Source of the DNA: an uncultured Hyphomicrobiales bacterium
GTDB lineage: Bacteria; Bacteroidota; Ignavibacteria; Kapaibacteriales; UBA2268
NCBI GenBank assembly: GCA_964542835.1
Contig: CAZIXJ010000002.1
Coordinates: 1-26,983 of the forward strand
DNA: 26,983 nt
Direction of reading: 5' to 3'
Every line of letters starts with the position of its first letter. Position 1 is the stretch's first letter. The position numbers and the translations under genes are program-made. Shown in pieces: positions 16,163 to 25,044 of the stretch. A model generated the notes under the pieces. That model did not search any database and was not told the DNA's origin. It saw only the letters and a program-made list of their open reading frames with translations.

Positions 16163-17662
16163 ATGATAGATACGCATTGCCATATAAATACGGAACAATT
16201 TGATGAAGACAGAGAAGATGCTCTGCAGAGAGCTTTTGATTCGGGAGTGGAAAAGATAATAATTCCCGCAATAGAGCCGAAAGATTACGAAGAGTTACTC
16301 GAATTTACCAACAGCCACGATAATGTATATTGCGGAATGGGAGTTCATCCTCATAATTCTGATGAATTTTCTTCGGAAGTTGCCGAAACGATAAAAAAGA
16401 ATATCCGGGAAAATAATAAAGTAGTGGCAGTTGGAGAAATAGGGCTGGATTACTATTATGATTTCGTTCCAAAAGAAAAGCAAAAAGAAGCATTCAGAGA
16501 GCAGTTAAAAATCGCCAGAGAGCTTGGGCTGCCTGCAATAGTGCATAACAGAGACAGCGATGAAGACCTGCTTTCCATAATAGAAGATGAGCAGGATGGC
16601 AGTCTGAAAGGAGTAATTCATTGCTTTTCAAGCCCTGATAATGTAATGCAAAGAGCACTTGATGCGGGATTCAACGTTTCTTTTACGGGTAATATTACAT
16701 TTAAAAAATCAGACCACAGAGAAGTGCTGGAAAAAGTGCCAAAAGACAGATTTATGCTCGAAACAGATTCGCCATATATGGCACCAGTGCCAAAAAGAGG
16801 CAAAAGAAACGAGCCTTCCAACGTAAAATATGTAGCTGAAAAAATTGCTGAAATAAAATCTCTACCAATTAACGAGGTGATAAAAATGACAACTGATAAC
16901 GCAAAAAAATTGTTCAGAATTTCAATGATGATATTTTTCCTTTCTGTATTTTCACAGAATTTATATGCTCAGGATTATGATGACGAATATTATGATGATG
17001 CTGACTCTTCATTTTATTATATTACGCATCCTTATCCGAAAACTTTTGGTATTGGTGTAGTAGCCGGTTCTAATACATTGGTTACTACTTACAGAGATGA
17101 CGATGATAAAGTTTCAGATGCAGTGCTGTTTGGTTATGGTGTAAGCTTTGACTATCAGTTGCTTGATTTTCTCCTTCTTGACGCTACTTATCTATATACC
17201 AAAAATGCCAATAATGTATTGACTGTAACAGACCAGTTCGGACAGGAATGGGAAAACAATCCGAATTATGACCATTTATTTGAAGTAACTTCCAACTGGC
17301 TTTTCAATCCGTATAACAGAGTAAACTTTTATGGTATTTTAGGATTTTCTTATTTATATACCGATATTTCGCAGATTGATTACACTGACGATGCTGTAGT
17401 AATAGACGAAACAAGCACATCAAACTTCGGTATAGCATCAGGCATAGGATTTATAACGAATATTCCGATAGAACCACTCGGGCTTTTCGTAATTACTGCA
17501 GAGTGGAGACTAAACTTTATGCTTAACGATGTTACTCTCGAAAACGACCCGAGAAAATTCAAAGTAGCAGATGAGCCGGGTTCAGCATTTTATAATGAAG
17601 TAGATGTAGGAAAGTTTTATTCCATACCGCGTGTAATCTTAAAATGGTATCCTGAATTTTAA
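16163..17662 (+). CDS. tatD: TatD-family nuclease fused in frame to a signal peptide and an outer-membrane beta-barrel domain
   Basis: TatD motifs DTHCH, GVHPH, GEIGLDYY, HNRD, HCFS, ETDSPY, NAKKLF (aa 1-~252). Then hydrophobic ISMMIFFLSVF and LYA|Q (A269), then alternating beta-strand patterns ending PRVILKWYPEF. Confidence 0.85.
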   Translation: MIDTHCHINTEQFDEDREDALQRAFDSGVEKIIIPAIEPKDYEELLEFTNSHDNVYCGMGVHPHNSDEFSSEVAETIKKNIRENNKVVAVGEIGLDYYYDFVPKEKQKEAFREQLKIARELGLPAIVHNRDSDEDLLSIIEDEQDGSLKGVIHCFSSPDNVMQRALDAGFNVSFTGNITFKKSDHREVLEKVPKDRFMLETDSPYMAPVPKRGKRNEPSNVKYVAEKIAEIKSLPINEVIKMTTDNAKKLFRISMMIFFLSVFSQNLYAQDYDDEYYDDADSSFYYITHPYPKTFGIGVVAGSNTLVTTYRDDDDKVSDAVLFGYGVSFDYQLLDFLLLDATYLYTKNANNVLTVTDQFGQEWENNPNYDHLFEVTSNWLFNPYNRVNFYGILGFSYLYTDISQIDYTDDAVVIDETSTSNFGIASGIGFITNIPIEPLGLFVITAEWRLNFMLNDVTLENDPRKFKVADEPGSAFYNEVDVGKFYSIPRVILKWYPEF

Positions 17663-17670
17663 AGTGCCGC

Positions 17671-17697
17671 AGGGAATGTAATACGATTAGATTCCCT
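17671..17697. terminator. Hairpin between convergent tatD-OMP and DUF218 genes
   Basis: AGGGAATGTAAT-ACG-ATTAGATTCCCT, 11 of 12 pairs, 9 nt after the stop at 17662; only a short U-tract (TTTAT). Confidence 0.5.
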
Positions 17698-17773
17698 TTA
17701 TCCTCAGATAGAGGGCAGTCGGAAGATAATTGAAAATTCAAAACAATTAATCTGATTGATTTTTGATAGGTTA

Positions 17774-18436
17774 TCAATTATTTGCTTTTTCTTCTGAAAA
17801 CTTGTGGTCTCTGTATTTTTTCAGCATATCAAGATAAAAGTCTTCGGGAAGAACCTCATAAAGAGCAAATACAAAAAGCTCTTTATTAATTCTTTGCCAA
17901 ATATCAATGTAATCAAAAATGCCGGAAAGCTCCAACGGATAAGAGCTATAGCAATAGTCTTCCCTTTCTGTAATTTTTGATATTCTGTAAATATGAAGAG
18001 GAGAGCTGATGCACATAATTCTCTTATACCTATTCTCTTTTATAATTTTTTCCGCTTCATTCCAATTTGTTTTGGTGTCATATGAAGCGGAATCATAATG
18101 AATATATTTCGGTTTTACATTTTTTGAGATAAGGTATTGGGCAGATAATTGCGAACCTTTGATAGAGCCGTCAATTCTGTTTCCTCCTACAAGCACAAAG
18201 CTCCTGAACCTTTTTTCGGAATGTAATTTCAGTGCATAATTAAGCCTTTTTTTCTGCATCTCGCCAATCTGCTGCAAATCATCGTCATAATCTCCAAAGA
18301 AAACAATAGCAGCATCATACAAATCATAGCAGTGGTTAGAATTCCAAAAACTTTTATAGTTTTCAAACTGAATAATTGCTACTGCAATATCAATTATCAG
18401 CAGTGCTATTAATACTTTTAAAATTTTGAGTATCAT
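17774..18436 (-). CDS. YdcF/DUF218 (ElyC/SanA-like) envelope protein
   Basis: N-terminal TM anchor; AAIVFFG, RLNYALKL, LVGG, SYDTKTN, ISSPLHIYR match DUF218 motifs (ST.EN, TS..H..R). Confidence 0.8.
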   Translation of the reverse strand: MILKILKVLIALLIIDIAVAIIQFENYKSFWNSNHCYDLYDAAIVFFGDYDDDLQQIGEMQKKRLNYALKLHSEKRFRSFVLVGGNRIDGSIKGSQLSAQYLISKNVKPKYIHYDSASYDTKTNWNEAEKIIKENRYKRIMCISSPLHIYRISKITEREDYCYSSYPLELSGIFDYIDIWQRINKELFVFALYEVLPEDFYLDMLKKYRDHKFSEEKANN

Positions 18437-18439
18437 TTT

Positions 18440-18892
18440 CTAATCTTCTGTATATTCAGGGAATCTGTATTCTATTACTCCTTTATCATTTACGTCTATT
18501 ATGCAATACCCTTTGGTTACCAATGTTTCCATAAATTTTTTCGTGTCATCAAGGCTGCTGCCCAAGCCAAGAGCAGCTTTGGAAAGAGTAAGTATGCCCG
18601 AATTATCAATAGCAGCCATAATTACTTTTTTCTCCTTAATTGCATATTTCTTCTTCTCATGAAGAGCATCTTTCCCTTCAAGTTTTTTCTTCACTTTCAT
18701 TTTGAGATATAAACCAATCCCCATCGGTAATATCCCGATAAAAAATGTACCCATAAGGAGATTGCCGATACTATCCGTATCAGTACCTGAAAATAAACCA
18801 ATTAATATCAGGACAGTAGTAACGGCGCCCCAGTAAAATAAAATATTTGCTGCTATTTTCATAATTCCGACATTATTATCATTTGAATTCAT
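18440..18892 (-). CDS. Hypothetical two-TM membrane protein with C-terminal winged-helix-like segment
   Basis: Two hydrophobic helices, then GILTLSKAALGLGSSLDDTKKFMETLVTKGY...GVIEYRF. ATG 18892 chosen because GGTGG lies upstream; the ORF track start at 18931 looks over-extended. Confidence 0.65.
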   Translation of the reverse strand: MNSNDNNVGIMKIAANILFYWGAVTTVLILIGLFSGTDTDSIGNLLMGTFFIGILPMGIGLYLKMKVKKKLEGKDALHEKKKYAIKEKKVIMAAIDNSGILTLSKAALGLGSSLDDTKKFMETLVTKGYCIIDVNDKGVIEYRFPEYTED

Positions 18893-19003
18893 AATTATAT
18901 TCCACCAATTTGATATTAGAAAAAAATGCAATATTAATTTCCAAAAATTAAATAATTTTTTTGAAAAAGACTATTTTTTTTTAATAATCTACATAACTTT
19001 TTG

Positions 19004-19011
19004 TAACTTTG
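19004..19011 (+). promoter_or_regulatory. Putative -7 element (TAACTTTG) upstream of glnA
   Basis: Same octamer as upstream of the GLUG gene, 76 nt before the glnA ATG; no well-spaced -33 TTTG. Confidence 0.35.
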
Positions 19012-19087
19012 AATGTTGTAATATGATAAAAATGCAAAAAATGAGTTAGTTGACTTGTTAGTAGCTTATAATTAAACAGAGGTATTT

Positions 19088-20632
19088 ATGACAAAAAAAG
19101 AGAAATTTGCATTGGCAAATGAAATTTCAGTACTTACAGGCAAAGAAAGAGATGAAATCCAAAGAGATGATTTGATTAAACTTATTATTGATAAGGGAAT
19201 CGAGCGAATTACTTTTCACTACACAGCGATAGACGGCAAACTAAAAGAATTACGAATACCCGTTACAAACAAAGAGCAGGCTGAGATAATTCTCACCGAA
19301 GGCGAAAGGATAGACGGCTCCTCACTATTTAAAGGAATGATAGATGCCGGAAAATCCGATTTGTACGTAGTACCGGTATATAAAACAGTATTCATCAACC
19401 CGTTTGATAATACTTCACTTGATTTTGTGTGCAGATTCCTTGACGGGAATGGCAATCTGATTGATTTTGCGCCGGATAATATTCTTGCAAAAGCCCATAA
19501 TCTGTTCAAAAAGAATACAGGGCTTGAATTAAATGCACTTGGAGAGCTTGAATTCTTCCTCATCGGTGATAAGCCTAATGATTTGTATCCTATGCCGGTG
19601 CAAAGAGGTTATCACGCTACTCCGCCTTACACCAAAACAGCGGATATTATCCATGAAATGCTGAGGCTTATCGCTCAGATTACCGACAAAATTAAATATG
19701 TACATAATGAAGTGGGATACATTAATCAAATCGAAAGTGATTATCCGCAGCTTAGCGGAAAAATGGCTGAGCAGGTGGAAGTGGAGTTCCTGCCTACACC
19801 AATAGAAGAAACCGGTGATATTATGGTACTGGCTGCGTGGATTGTAAGAAATGTAGCATACAAACATAATATGACTGCTACTTTCTATCCGAAAATTGAT
19901 ATTGCTCACGCCGGAAACGGATTGCATTTCCATAATGAGCTTACAAAGAACGGAAAAAATGCTATGACGAATAAAGACGGTTCGCTTTCCGATGAAGCCA
20001 AAATGTTCATCGGTGGACTAATAAAATACGCTACAAGCCTTAATGCATTTGGCAATATGTGTACTGCATCTTACCTGAGATTGGTGCCTCATCAGGAAGC
20101 ACCGACTAAAGTATGCTGGAGCGAATCAAACAGGTCTGCACTTATTAGAGTGCCGCTCGGATGGTCGAATATCGATAATCTCGCATCTATCGTAAATCCG
20201 CAACAAAAAAGCAAACTAAAAATCGAAGAATCACGCCAGACCGTAGAACTGAGAAGCCCTGACGGAAGTGCAAATGTGCATATGCTCCTGAGCGGGATGA
20301 CGATGGCAGGCGAATGGGGACTTACACACAAAAAAGAAGCTCTGAAACTTGCAGAAAAAGCATACGTAACAGGAAATATTCATTCAAATCCGGAATATGA
20401 TACTTTGCCGGTGCTTGCTACGAGCTGCGTAAATTCCGCCGAAATATTACTCGAAAACAGAGAACTGTTCGAAAGAGATGAAATATTCCCGCCGAGAGTA
20501 ATTGACTGGGTAGCAGATTATCTTAACAAAGAAAATGATGCAGATTTGAACGTAAGAATCGTTGCTCTTCCTGAAGATGAAAAGCTAAACGAATCAAGAA
20601 GAATACTACACAAATCTTTCCAAAGACATTGA
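19088..20632 (+). CDS. glnA: Glutamine synthetase (type I-like, Bacteroidetes ~500-aa form)
   Basis: ERIDGSSLF, GELEFFL, HNEVG, GNGLHFH, SYLRLVPHQEAP, NRSALIRVP, VELRSPDGSAN; GAGGT SD upstream. Confidence 0.92.
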   Translation: MTKKEKFALANEISVLTGKERDEIQRDDLIKLIIDKGIERITFHYTAIDGKLKELRIPVTNKEQAEIILTEGERIDGSSLFKGMIDAGKSDLYVVPVYKTVFINPFDNTSLDFVCRFLDGNGNLIDFAPDNILAKAHNLFKKNTGLELNALGELEFFLIGDKPNDLYPMPVQRGYHATPPYTKTADIIHEMLRLIAQITDKIKYVHNEVGYINQIESDYPQLSGKMAEQVEVEFLPTPIEETGDIMVLAAWIVRNVAYKHNMTATFYPKIDIAHAGNGLHFHNELTKNGKNAMTNKDGSLSDEAKMFIGGLIKYATSLNAFGNMCTASYLRLVPHQEAPTKVCWSESNRSALIRVPLGWSNIDNLASIVNPQQKSKLKIEESRQTVELRSPDGSANVHMLLSGMTMAGEWGLTHKKEALKLAEKAYVTGNIHSNPEYDTLPVLATSCVNSAEILLENRELFERDEIFPPRVIDWVADYLNKENDADLNVRIVALPEDEKLNESRRILHKSFQRH

Positions 20633-20656
20633 TAATTTAAAAATATAAAATTAATT

Positions 20657-20693
20657 AAGCGGCTTCTGATTTTTTTCAGTAGCCGTTTTTTTT
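20657..20693 (+). terminator. Rho-independent terminator after glnA
   Basis: CGGCT-T-CTGA / TCAG-T-AGCCG stem followed by T8 (20686-20693). Confidence 0.8.
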
Positions 20694-20970
20694 AATCCAA
20701 CACATTTTCGCTTTGCAGCCGCAATTTAGCTTCTCTGTATCCGCCGTAATTTTCGGAATTAAAGTAGCCCATATTATGCAGCACCTCATTTGCTATCCCG
20801 CTTCTGTGTCCGCTACGGCAATACAATGCAATATGAGCGGATTTGTCGGAAACGTATTTTTCAATTTTATCTTCTATGCCGTCATAAGGTATCAAAACAG
20901 CGCCCGGGATATGCGAAATAAGATATTCCATTCCCGTTCTTACGTCAATTATTAAAAGTTCTTTCTGCAT
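20692..20970 (-). CDS. Single-domain rhodanese-like protein
   Basis: IIDVR...EY..SHIPGAVLIP and active-site loop YCRSGHRS; 92 aa. Confidence 0.9.
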   Translation of the reverse strand: MQKELLIIDVRTGMEYLISHIPGAVLIPYDGIEDKIEKYVSDKSAHIALYCRSGHRSGIANEVLHNMGYFNSENYGGYREAKLRLQSENVLD

Positions 20971-21111
20971 TATTCAGTCATATTGATTAAACACAATATA
21001 TGATTTGTTTGTGAAAAATATCTGACGAATAAGAGTAGAAATAAATGCACAAAGTATGCATTAACCGATATTAATTCCGGGAAAAAAATTGCATATTATC
21101 AACACTTTCTC

Positions 21112-21969
21112 CTATCCGAGTTCAAAAGTTGTAATTCCGAATATTTTGGAAATATCAACCTTTGGTGGTTCTCCGTAGTACATTCTTGCACATTCGAATA
21201 CATAATTTCCGTTGAATTTTTTTACGAGTTTTACGGCTTTTTCATTTATTACCGGTATGTCGAGATATATTAGGTTTCCTTTAACAGAATCCATAGCTTT
21301 TTTAAAAAGCTCTTCGGCTATTATTTCATTTTCCGCAAAAAGAGGGCATATTTTATATCCTTTGTTTGCTTTGCGAACAGTTACAAATCCCTTAATTTCA
21401 GCATTTTCTGTGTATTTGTAAGTATTTGTAGTTTTTACATCCATCCAGGGTATAAGAAACTGTGGTCTTGGATAATCGAAATATTTTGCGTCATATTTTA
21501 CAATGTCTTTATAATCATTAATCTCGGCTAATTTTATTCTTCCGTCTGTATTATAAGATTTTGCTTCAAATTCATATCTTTCATCCCGAAAAGCAATTTC
21601 AAAACCTCCTTTGTTATAGAAAGGCTGCATATCAACTACGCCGTCCATCCCAATCGTAGCTCCTTCCTTGAGCCTTTCGAGCAATTTATTTCTTCTTTCA
21701 TACCATAGTTTTCTGCCAATTCCTTTTCCTCTGTATTCAGTCTTTACGATAAAAAATCCCATAAATCCGAATTCGCCGTTATATGAAACTAAAGAGCCTC
21801 CTGCTATCAATTCATCATTTAAGAAATACCCGTAATATCCTTCAGGGTCAGTTTGCCAATAAACACCGGCATCATTAGGTCCGGGATTCCACCCCTCATC
21901 ATCAGCCCATTTTACTAGAGTTTCGAGTCCTGATTTGTCTAATTTCTTAAATATAAATTTTTCAGTCAT
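21112..21969 (-). CDS. Two-domain GNAT N-acetyltransferase (YitH/HolE-like C-terminal domain)
   Basis: EGWNPG, FIVKTEYRGKGIGRKLW (motif A), MDGVVDMQPFYNKGGF, KICPLFAE, FECARMY. ATG 21969 overlaps the yfhO stop (ATGACTGA); the ORF track start at 22020 is likely over-extended. Confidence 0.88.
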   Translation of the reverse strand: MTEKFIFKKLDKSGLETLVKWADDEGWNPGPNDAGVYWQTDPEGYYGYFLNDELIAGGSLVSYNGEFGFMGFFIVKTEYRGKGIGRKLWYERRNKLLERLKEGATIGMDGVVDMQPFYNKGGFEIAFRDERYEFEAKSYNTDGRIKLAEINDYKDIVKYDAKYFDYPRPQFLIPWMDVKTTNTYKYTENAEIKGFVTVRKANKGYKICPLFAENEIIAEELFKKAMDSVKGNLIYLDIPVINEKAVKLVKKFNGNYVFECARMYYGEPPKVDISKIFGITTFELG

Positions 21970-24460
21970 TTTTCTTTTCTTCCGGTTTTTTATTTCTGTT
22001 ATGCAAAAATATACCGCCAATCAGCAATAAAACTACAATAGCATTTCCGGCAATACTGATAGTTTTTCCCTGTTTGAATGCAGGAGAAGAGAATTTCAGC
22101 TCTATTGTATGTTCTCCTTCCGGTACAATCACACCTCTGAATGCATAGTTTGTCTTGATAATTTCAGTTTCTTCACCGTCAATATATGCCTTCCATCCTG
22201 CAGGGTAATAAATCTCACTGATAAACATGAAATTATTACCCGAAGCATTTGCCCTTATTTTTAAGTATTCATTGTCAAATTCAAGCAATTCAGAATACGC
22301 AGTGGAATCAGGCTTCGATATATTTTTTGATAATTCCTCCTCTACAAATGCCAGTCTTACAGGATTAAAATTACCTTCTTTCATTCTTTTCAGAATAGAA
22401 AGCCCGTCTGATACTGCTATGCTATCCACAAAGAACGTCCTTGGGAGCATCCCCTGATTTCTGTAAACCACATGCCCCGTTCTCTGAGACTGATAAATTG
22501 GTCTTAGCCCGGACTCTACGGGCTGAGACATTATAATATATTTTACATTAAGCAAATTCCATAAGAAAGGATTTGAAACATATGAAGTAGATGCGTCATC
22601 GGCTACATCGAGCATATCCTGATATATTCTGAGTTTTGCAGCACTGTATCCGCCTACGTTCTGAAGCAGATAATGAGCGGGAATATTCTGAGACTGCGAA
22701 GCAAAGTCTGCTATTCGAAAGACGGATTCATCCTGCTTAATAAACTGAACTACGTCGTTATTTTGGAAAACTTGTTCCTGCATAGGATTTTGAGCGGTTT
22801 CCATAGGTCTGTAGCCAACTCTCCACATATCAATCACCAAAAACAGCATTAGCAGAGCAGCGAAAGTGATATAGTTTATTTTCTTTTTTACATAAAGAAA
22901 TACCAGCACTACTGAGATAATCAGTATAGCTCCGGTCTGATACCAGTCGCTCACGGCAGATTCCCAAACGAAATTATGAATCTGTGCAGGATACTGCGAG
23001 CCTGTGCGGCTATCTGCGAATGACTGTATGTAACTTGATTCCATTAAAGCACTGAAAATTAAACCGGAAAGCAGAAAAACACCTGAAAATATAAGTATTA
23101 CGTAAAGCACTTTATTATTTCCCGATGATTCGGTTTTTTTTGCATTTCTCAAGTCAAGAAGCCCTTTTAATCCATATCCTGCAAGGATTGGCACTGCAAA
23201 CTGTATCAGAAGCAATACCATACTCGGCACCCTGAATTTATTAAAGAGTGGTACATTGTAATAGAAAAAATCAAACACAGGCGACCAGTTATGCCCAAAT
23301 GACAGCAATAATGCAAAAAATGACATTGCCGCAAGGAATAATACAAATACATTTTGCCTGTAAATCAAAATTCCCGCAAAAGCAAATATCAGCACAGCTA
23401 TTCCCATATAAGGAGCTACGTCCTCGAAAGGTTTGTTGCCCCAGTAAGTCATAATCTTTGTTTCCCTGTTCCCGGTAGCAGGACCGGAGTAATCCAGTTT
23501 TCCGAATCCGTAATAATTCGGCACAAAGAAAGTGATAATCTCTTTCGGGCTGAAAGACCAACCCGTAGCATAATCATAAGTGTTTCCGCCGTCTTTGCTT
23601 TGTTTGCTGCCTGCAACTTCTGATATGGCACCCTTTCCTCTTGTGGAATAAGGTGTATATTCGAGCATGCTCATATATCTGTCTGCATACATACCGAAAG
23701 CAAGTATTCCCGCTACGGCAAGAGCTCCCATTGATATCAATACAGAATTAATCTTTTCTTTTTTTATAAGTCTACCTATTATTTCAAATCCGAAATAGAA
23801 AAAATAAGCTATGCCACTGTAAAAAATAATCTGAATGTGATTGGACGCAAACATAATATGCAATACTATTGCAAGACCTGCGAATTTCAGAAGTGAAAAT
23901 TTTATGCGAATACTTTCAATAAACATAAAAATAAACGGGAACATCGAAAATGCAACGATTTTTGAATTATGCCCGATTATCATCCAAATTATTACGGCAG
24001 TAGAAAAAACGGCTGCAAATGCAGTGAAGAATGAAATAAATTTATCAAATTTCTTGGAACGCATAAGCAAATACATACCGATACCATATACTCCGTAGTG
24101 AGTGGCAAGTATTGCAGCACGGTTCCCACCGAACAGCGCCATCATAAACTGGGATATGGAAAAATAGAATTTAGCGACAATATCCCATGCCCGCTCTCCG
24201 TAACTTACCATTACGGCAGGCATCCCACTGAAAATATAAGGTATCCAGAGAGGGAATTCGCCACGCTCACTTGCGGTATCCTGAAATTTGTCGAAACTTC
24301 TGAATGATATTGCATCTGAAGACATAAACCCATAGCCAAGCAATGCTTCATGAAGAAATACAAAAACCGATATGAAGATTAAAGCAATCAGGATAATATC
24401 AAATTTGTACTTCTGAAAAAATCCTGTGTTCAGACTTGTGATATTTTTTTTCTTTGCCAT
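21962..24460 (-). CDS. YfhO-family polytopic membrane protein (GT-C fold putative glycosyltransferase)
   Basis: PLWIPYIFSGMP, GHNSK, YATGWS, FNKFRVPSM, GGYSAAKLRIYQD, SEIYYPAGWKAYIDG...NYAFRGVIVPEGEHTIELKF, final TM; GGAG SD. Confidence 0.85.
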   Translation of the reverse strand: MAKKKNITSLNTGFFQKYKFDIILIALIFISVFVFLHEALLGYGFMSSDAISFRSFDKFQDTASERGEFPLWIPYIFSGMPAVMVSYGERAWDIVAKFYFSISQFMMALFGGNRAAILATHYGVYGIGMYLLMRSKKFDKFISFFTAFAAVFSTAVIIWMIIGHNSKIVAFSMFPFIFMFIESIRIKFSLLKFAGLAIVLHIMFASNHIQIIFYSGIAYFFYFGFEIIGRLIKKEKINSVLISMGALAVAGILAFGMYADRYMSMLEYTPYSTRGKGAISEVAGSKQSKDGGNTYDYATGWSFSPKEIITFFVPNYYGFGKLDYSGPATGNRETKIMTYWGNKPFEDVAPYMGIAVLIFAFAGILIYRQNVFVLFLAAMSFFALLLSFGHNWSPVFDFFYYNVPLFNKFRVPSMVLLLIQFAVPILAGYGLKGLLDLRNAKKTESSGNNKVLYVILIFSGVFLLSGLIFSALMESSYIQSFADSRTGSQYPAQIHNFVWESAVSDWYQTGAILIISVVLVFLYVKKKINYITFAALLMLFLVIDMWRVGYRPMETAQNPMQEQVFQNNDVVQFIKQDESVFRIADFASQSQNIPAHYLLQNVGGYSAAKLRIYQDMLDVADDASTSYVSNPFLWNLLNVKYIIMSQPVESGLRPIYQSQRTGHVVYRNQGMLPRTFFVDSIAVSDGLSILKRMKEGNFNPVRLAFVEEELSKNISKPDSTAYSELLEFDNEYLKIRANASGNNFMFISEIYYPAGWKAYIDGEETEIIKTNYAFRGVIVPEGEHTIELKFSSPAFKQGKTISIAGNAIVVLLLIGGIFLHNRNKKPEEKKND

Positions 24461-24525
24461 TATTAAGCTCCGTTTATTTGATTTTTTTATTTATATCAAT
24501 TTTTTGCTGTATTATACAATACAAT

Positions 24526-25044
24526 TTAATATCTTTTTTTCAATTTAAAAAACATTACAAACAAAGAAAATATAGTAGTATAAAAAGATGAGGCGATACC
24601 GTATTTGATAAAAAAGTTCCAGAAGTCAAGCTCGCTTACCTGAATATAGAAAAAATAATAAATGATATTATGCATAAAAGCCGCCAGAAGCGTAATCAGA
24701 GGGAATTTGTAACTGCCGGTAATAATATCTTCTTTATCTCTCAAGTAAAACCATCCCGCCACAAATCCGGCTACTGTTTTTGAAAGAGCATTTGTACCTA
24801 TTACATCAAACGAAATGAAATCAAAAATAAGCCCGATTACAAATCCGGCAAATAATCCATGCAGCTTTCCTTCATAAAGTGAAATCCATGCTACCAATAC
24901 TATCAGCAAATCAGGAGTAATTCCCTCTATGGAAATAAGCTGAAAAGTAAGCACCTGAAGCACAGAAAAAACCACTGCGAGAATACCGTAAATGATAAAC
25001 CTCGAATACAAATTCAAATCTTTTTTTCTTCTGTAATATGCCAT
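24526..25044 (-). CDS. mreD: Rod shape-determining protein MreD
   Basis: Multi-TM, ITPDLLIVLV...GFVIGLIFD...GTNALSKTVAGFVAG; follows mreC with a TAATG overlap. Confidence 0.9.
   Translation of the reverse strand: MAYYRRKKDLNLYSRFIIYGILAVVFSVLQVLTFQLISIEGITPDLLIVLVAWISLYEGKLHGLFAGFVIGLIFDFISFDVIGTNALSKTVAGFVAGWFYLRDKEDIITGSYKFPLITLLAAFMHNIIYYFFYIQVSELDFWNFFIKYGIASSFYTTIFSLFVMFFKLKKRY

Noticed and set aside
16902-16910. A AAA AAA slippery heptamer at the TatD/signal junction as a programmed way to release free TatD
   Set aside because: Only A7 with no stimulator seen; either shift would destroy the conserved KLF terminal motif, and Lys-Lys codons are common in this AT-rich genome.
20970-20981. 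Mini-ORF ATG ACT GAA TAA overlapping the rhodanese start (TAATG), preceded by a hydrophobic open stretch
   Set aside because: The upstream open stretch has no credible start or SD and is out of frame with rhodanese; a chance pattern in AT-rich DNA cannot be excluded.
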